From the NCBI GenBank assembly GCA_902373375.1, contig CABKMA010000001.1, forward strand, positions 862-64,861: a stretch of 64,000 bases of DNA, written 5' to 3'. Positions within the stretch are counted from its first letter, which is position 1; each line of letters starts with the position of its first letter. Source of the stretch: an uncultured Atopobium sp. (lineage in GTDB: Bacteria; Actinomycetota; Coriobacteriia; Coriobacteriales; Atopobiaceae). Shown here piece after piece: positions 62,924-64,000 of the stretch. The notes beneath the pieces were generated by a model. It worked only from the letters and a program-made list of their open reading frames with translations, was not told where the DNA came from and searched no databases. The position numbers were made by a program, and so were the translations under genes.

Positions 62924-64000
62924 TTAACCAAAAATACCGTAGATTACCTGAGCAATGCTGTTGGTAACGCTCTCAACAAAGTTCTCAAATGGATTATCAG
63001 AATTAACGCCCTTATCTCCATCAGGATCAGTAAAGTAATCCCAGAACTCCTGCCACCAATTCTGCTGACGATAGTACCTATAAGAATCATCATCTTCAGT
63101 ACGATCTTGCTTATCGTCAGTATCGTTTGTATTGTTCTTGTTGTTCTTTTCTTTCTCTTTCTTAGAAGAAAGTGACTCATCAGAGCCAAGCGTGACGTTG
63201 ATGGTAAGACGGTCTCCTCCACGCATAATTTCTACAGGAACCGACTCCCCAATCTTGTGAGAACGAACAGCAATGATTGCTGCGTCAGCAGAAATCACAC
63301 GCTCCCCACCAATGGAAATGATGACGTCTCCCTTTTTAATACCAGCACCCTCTGCAGGACTATCATCAAGAAGGCCTGCTACATAAGCGCCATAATCTAC
63401 TGAAAGATTATTGCGCTTTTCAACACGAGGAGTAACAGTTTGCATAGATAGTCCAATGTAGGCATGCCTCACTTGCTGACCAGAAAGAATCTGATTGGCA
63501 ATATCAATGGCATAGTTAGCAGGAATTGCAAAGCCAATACCGGCAAACGACTTAGTATCTGACGAGAACAACGTACAAATACCCACAAGCTGACCATTAG
63601 AGTCAACCAGAGCGCCGCCAGAATTACCTGGGTTAATAGCAGCGTCCACCTGAATGAGGTTGGCGTAAATAGTGGTTTCTCCGCCTTCCGTTTCTAGCAT
63701 ATCTCCACGAGAAAGAGCTGAAACGATACCTGCAGAAACAGAGTGATCAAGACCAAATGGACTACCAACACTCATAACCCAGCTACCAGGAGCCAATTTA
63801 TCGGAATTGCCAACCTCAATAGGAGTGACACTATCCCCCTTGAGGTCTGCGTGTAGGACAGCAAGGTCAGAAGTGGGGTCTTTACCCACAACGGTACACT
63901 CATACTCTTTATCATTAACGGTGATAGAAAACGTATCCATACCCTCAATAACATGATAGTTGGTAAGGATGTCTCCATTTGTGTTTAAGATAACGCCAGA
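62924..64000 (-). CDS. htrA: HtrA/DegP-family serine protease with PDZ domain (5' end off window)
   Basis: ILTNYHV (His), SDLAV (Asp), INPGNSGG (Ser), PDZ; frame open to window edge. Confidence 0.9.
   Translation of the reverse strand, partial: SGVILNTNGDILTNYHVIEGMDTFSITVNDKEYECTVVGKDPTSDLAVLHADLKGDSVTPIEVGNSDKLAPGSWVMSVGSPFGLDHSVSAGIVSALSRGDMLETEGGETTIYANLIQVDAAINPGNSGGALVDSNGQLVGICTLFSSDTKSFAGIGFAIPANYAIDIANQILSGQQVRHAYIGLSMQTVTPRVEKRNNLSVDYGAYVAGLLDDSPAEGAGIKKGDVIISIGGERVISADAAIIAVRSHKIGESVPVEIMRGGDRLTINVTLGSDESLSSKKEKEKNNKNNTNDTDDKQDRTEDDDSYRYYRQQNWWQEFWDYFTDPDGDKGVNSDNPFENFVESVTNSIAQVIYGIFG

Overview
Chromosomal window from a mid-GC Gram-positive bacterium. Gene content and leaderless TANNNT promoters suggest Coriobacteriia (Atopobium/Lancefieldella-like); this is inference, not a database result. 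Left host flank (1-15341): mannose-family PTS, Xaa-Pro peptidase, aroB-like, aroK, yqeG, mltG, ruvX, alaS, AI-2E transporter, SigB-like sigma factor and anti-sigma, rarA. A complete-looking ~32.2 kb siphovirus-type prophage occupies 15342-47585, bounded by the 12-bp direct repeat GCAGCTATTTTA. It carries lysis, tail, head, packaging, replication, switch and tyrosine-integrase modules. Right host flank: dGTPase-like HD protein, SGNH hydrolase, kdgT, cysteine-type ABC transporter, DNA glycosylase, phosphoesterase, add, copA/csoR, rmuC, partial htrA. Most interesting observations: (1) a MuF minor-head protein with a CdiA-like PD-(D/E)xK nuclease tail, faced by a convergent promoter and a compact structured RNA where an immunity gene would be expected (candidate RNA antitoxin or decoy); (2) the att core is the -10 box of the apparently leaderless rarA promoter, so integration swaps the upstream promoter; (3) a leaderless Cys-containing leader peptide with mutually exclusive RNA helices upstream of the cysteine ABC operon; (4) an identical 13-aa motif, synonymously recoded, shared by the phage SSB-like protein and the primase-helicase; (5) two cis-antisense sRNA cassettes in the early and integrase regions. 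All family assignments come from motif recognition by eye; no searches were run.
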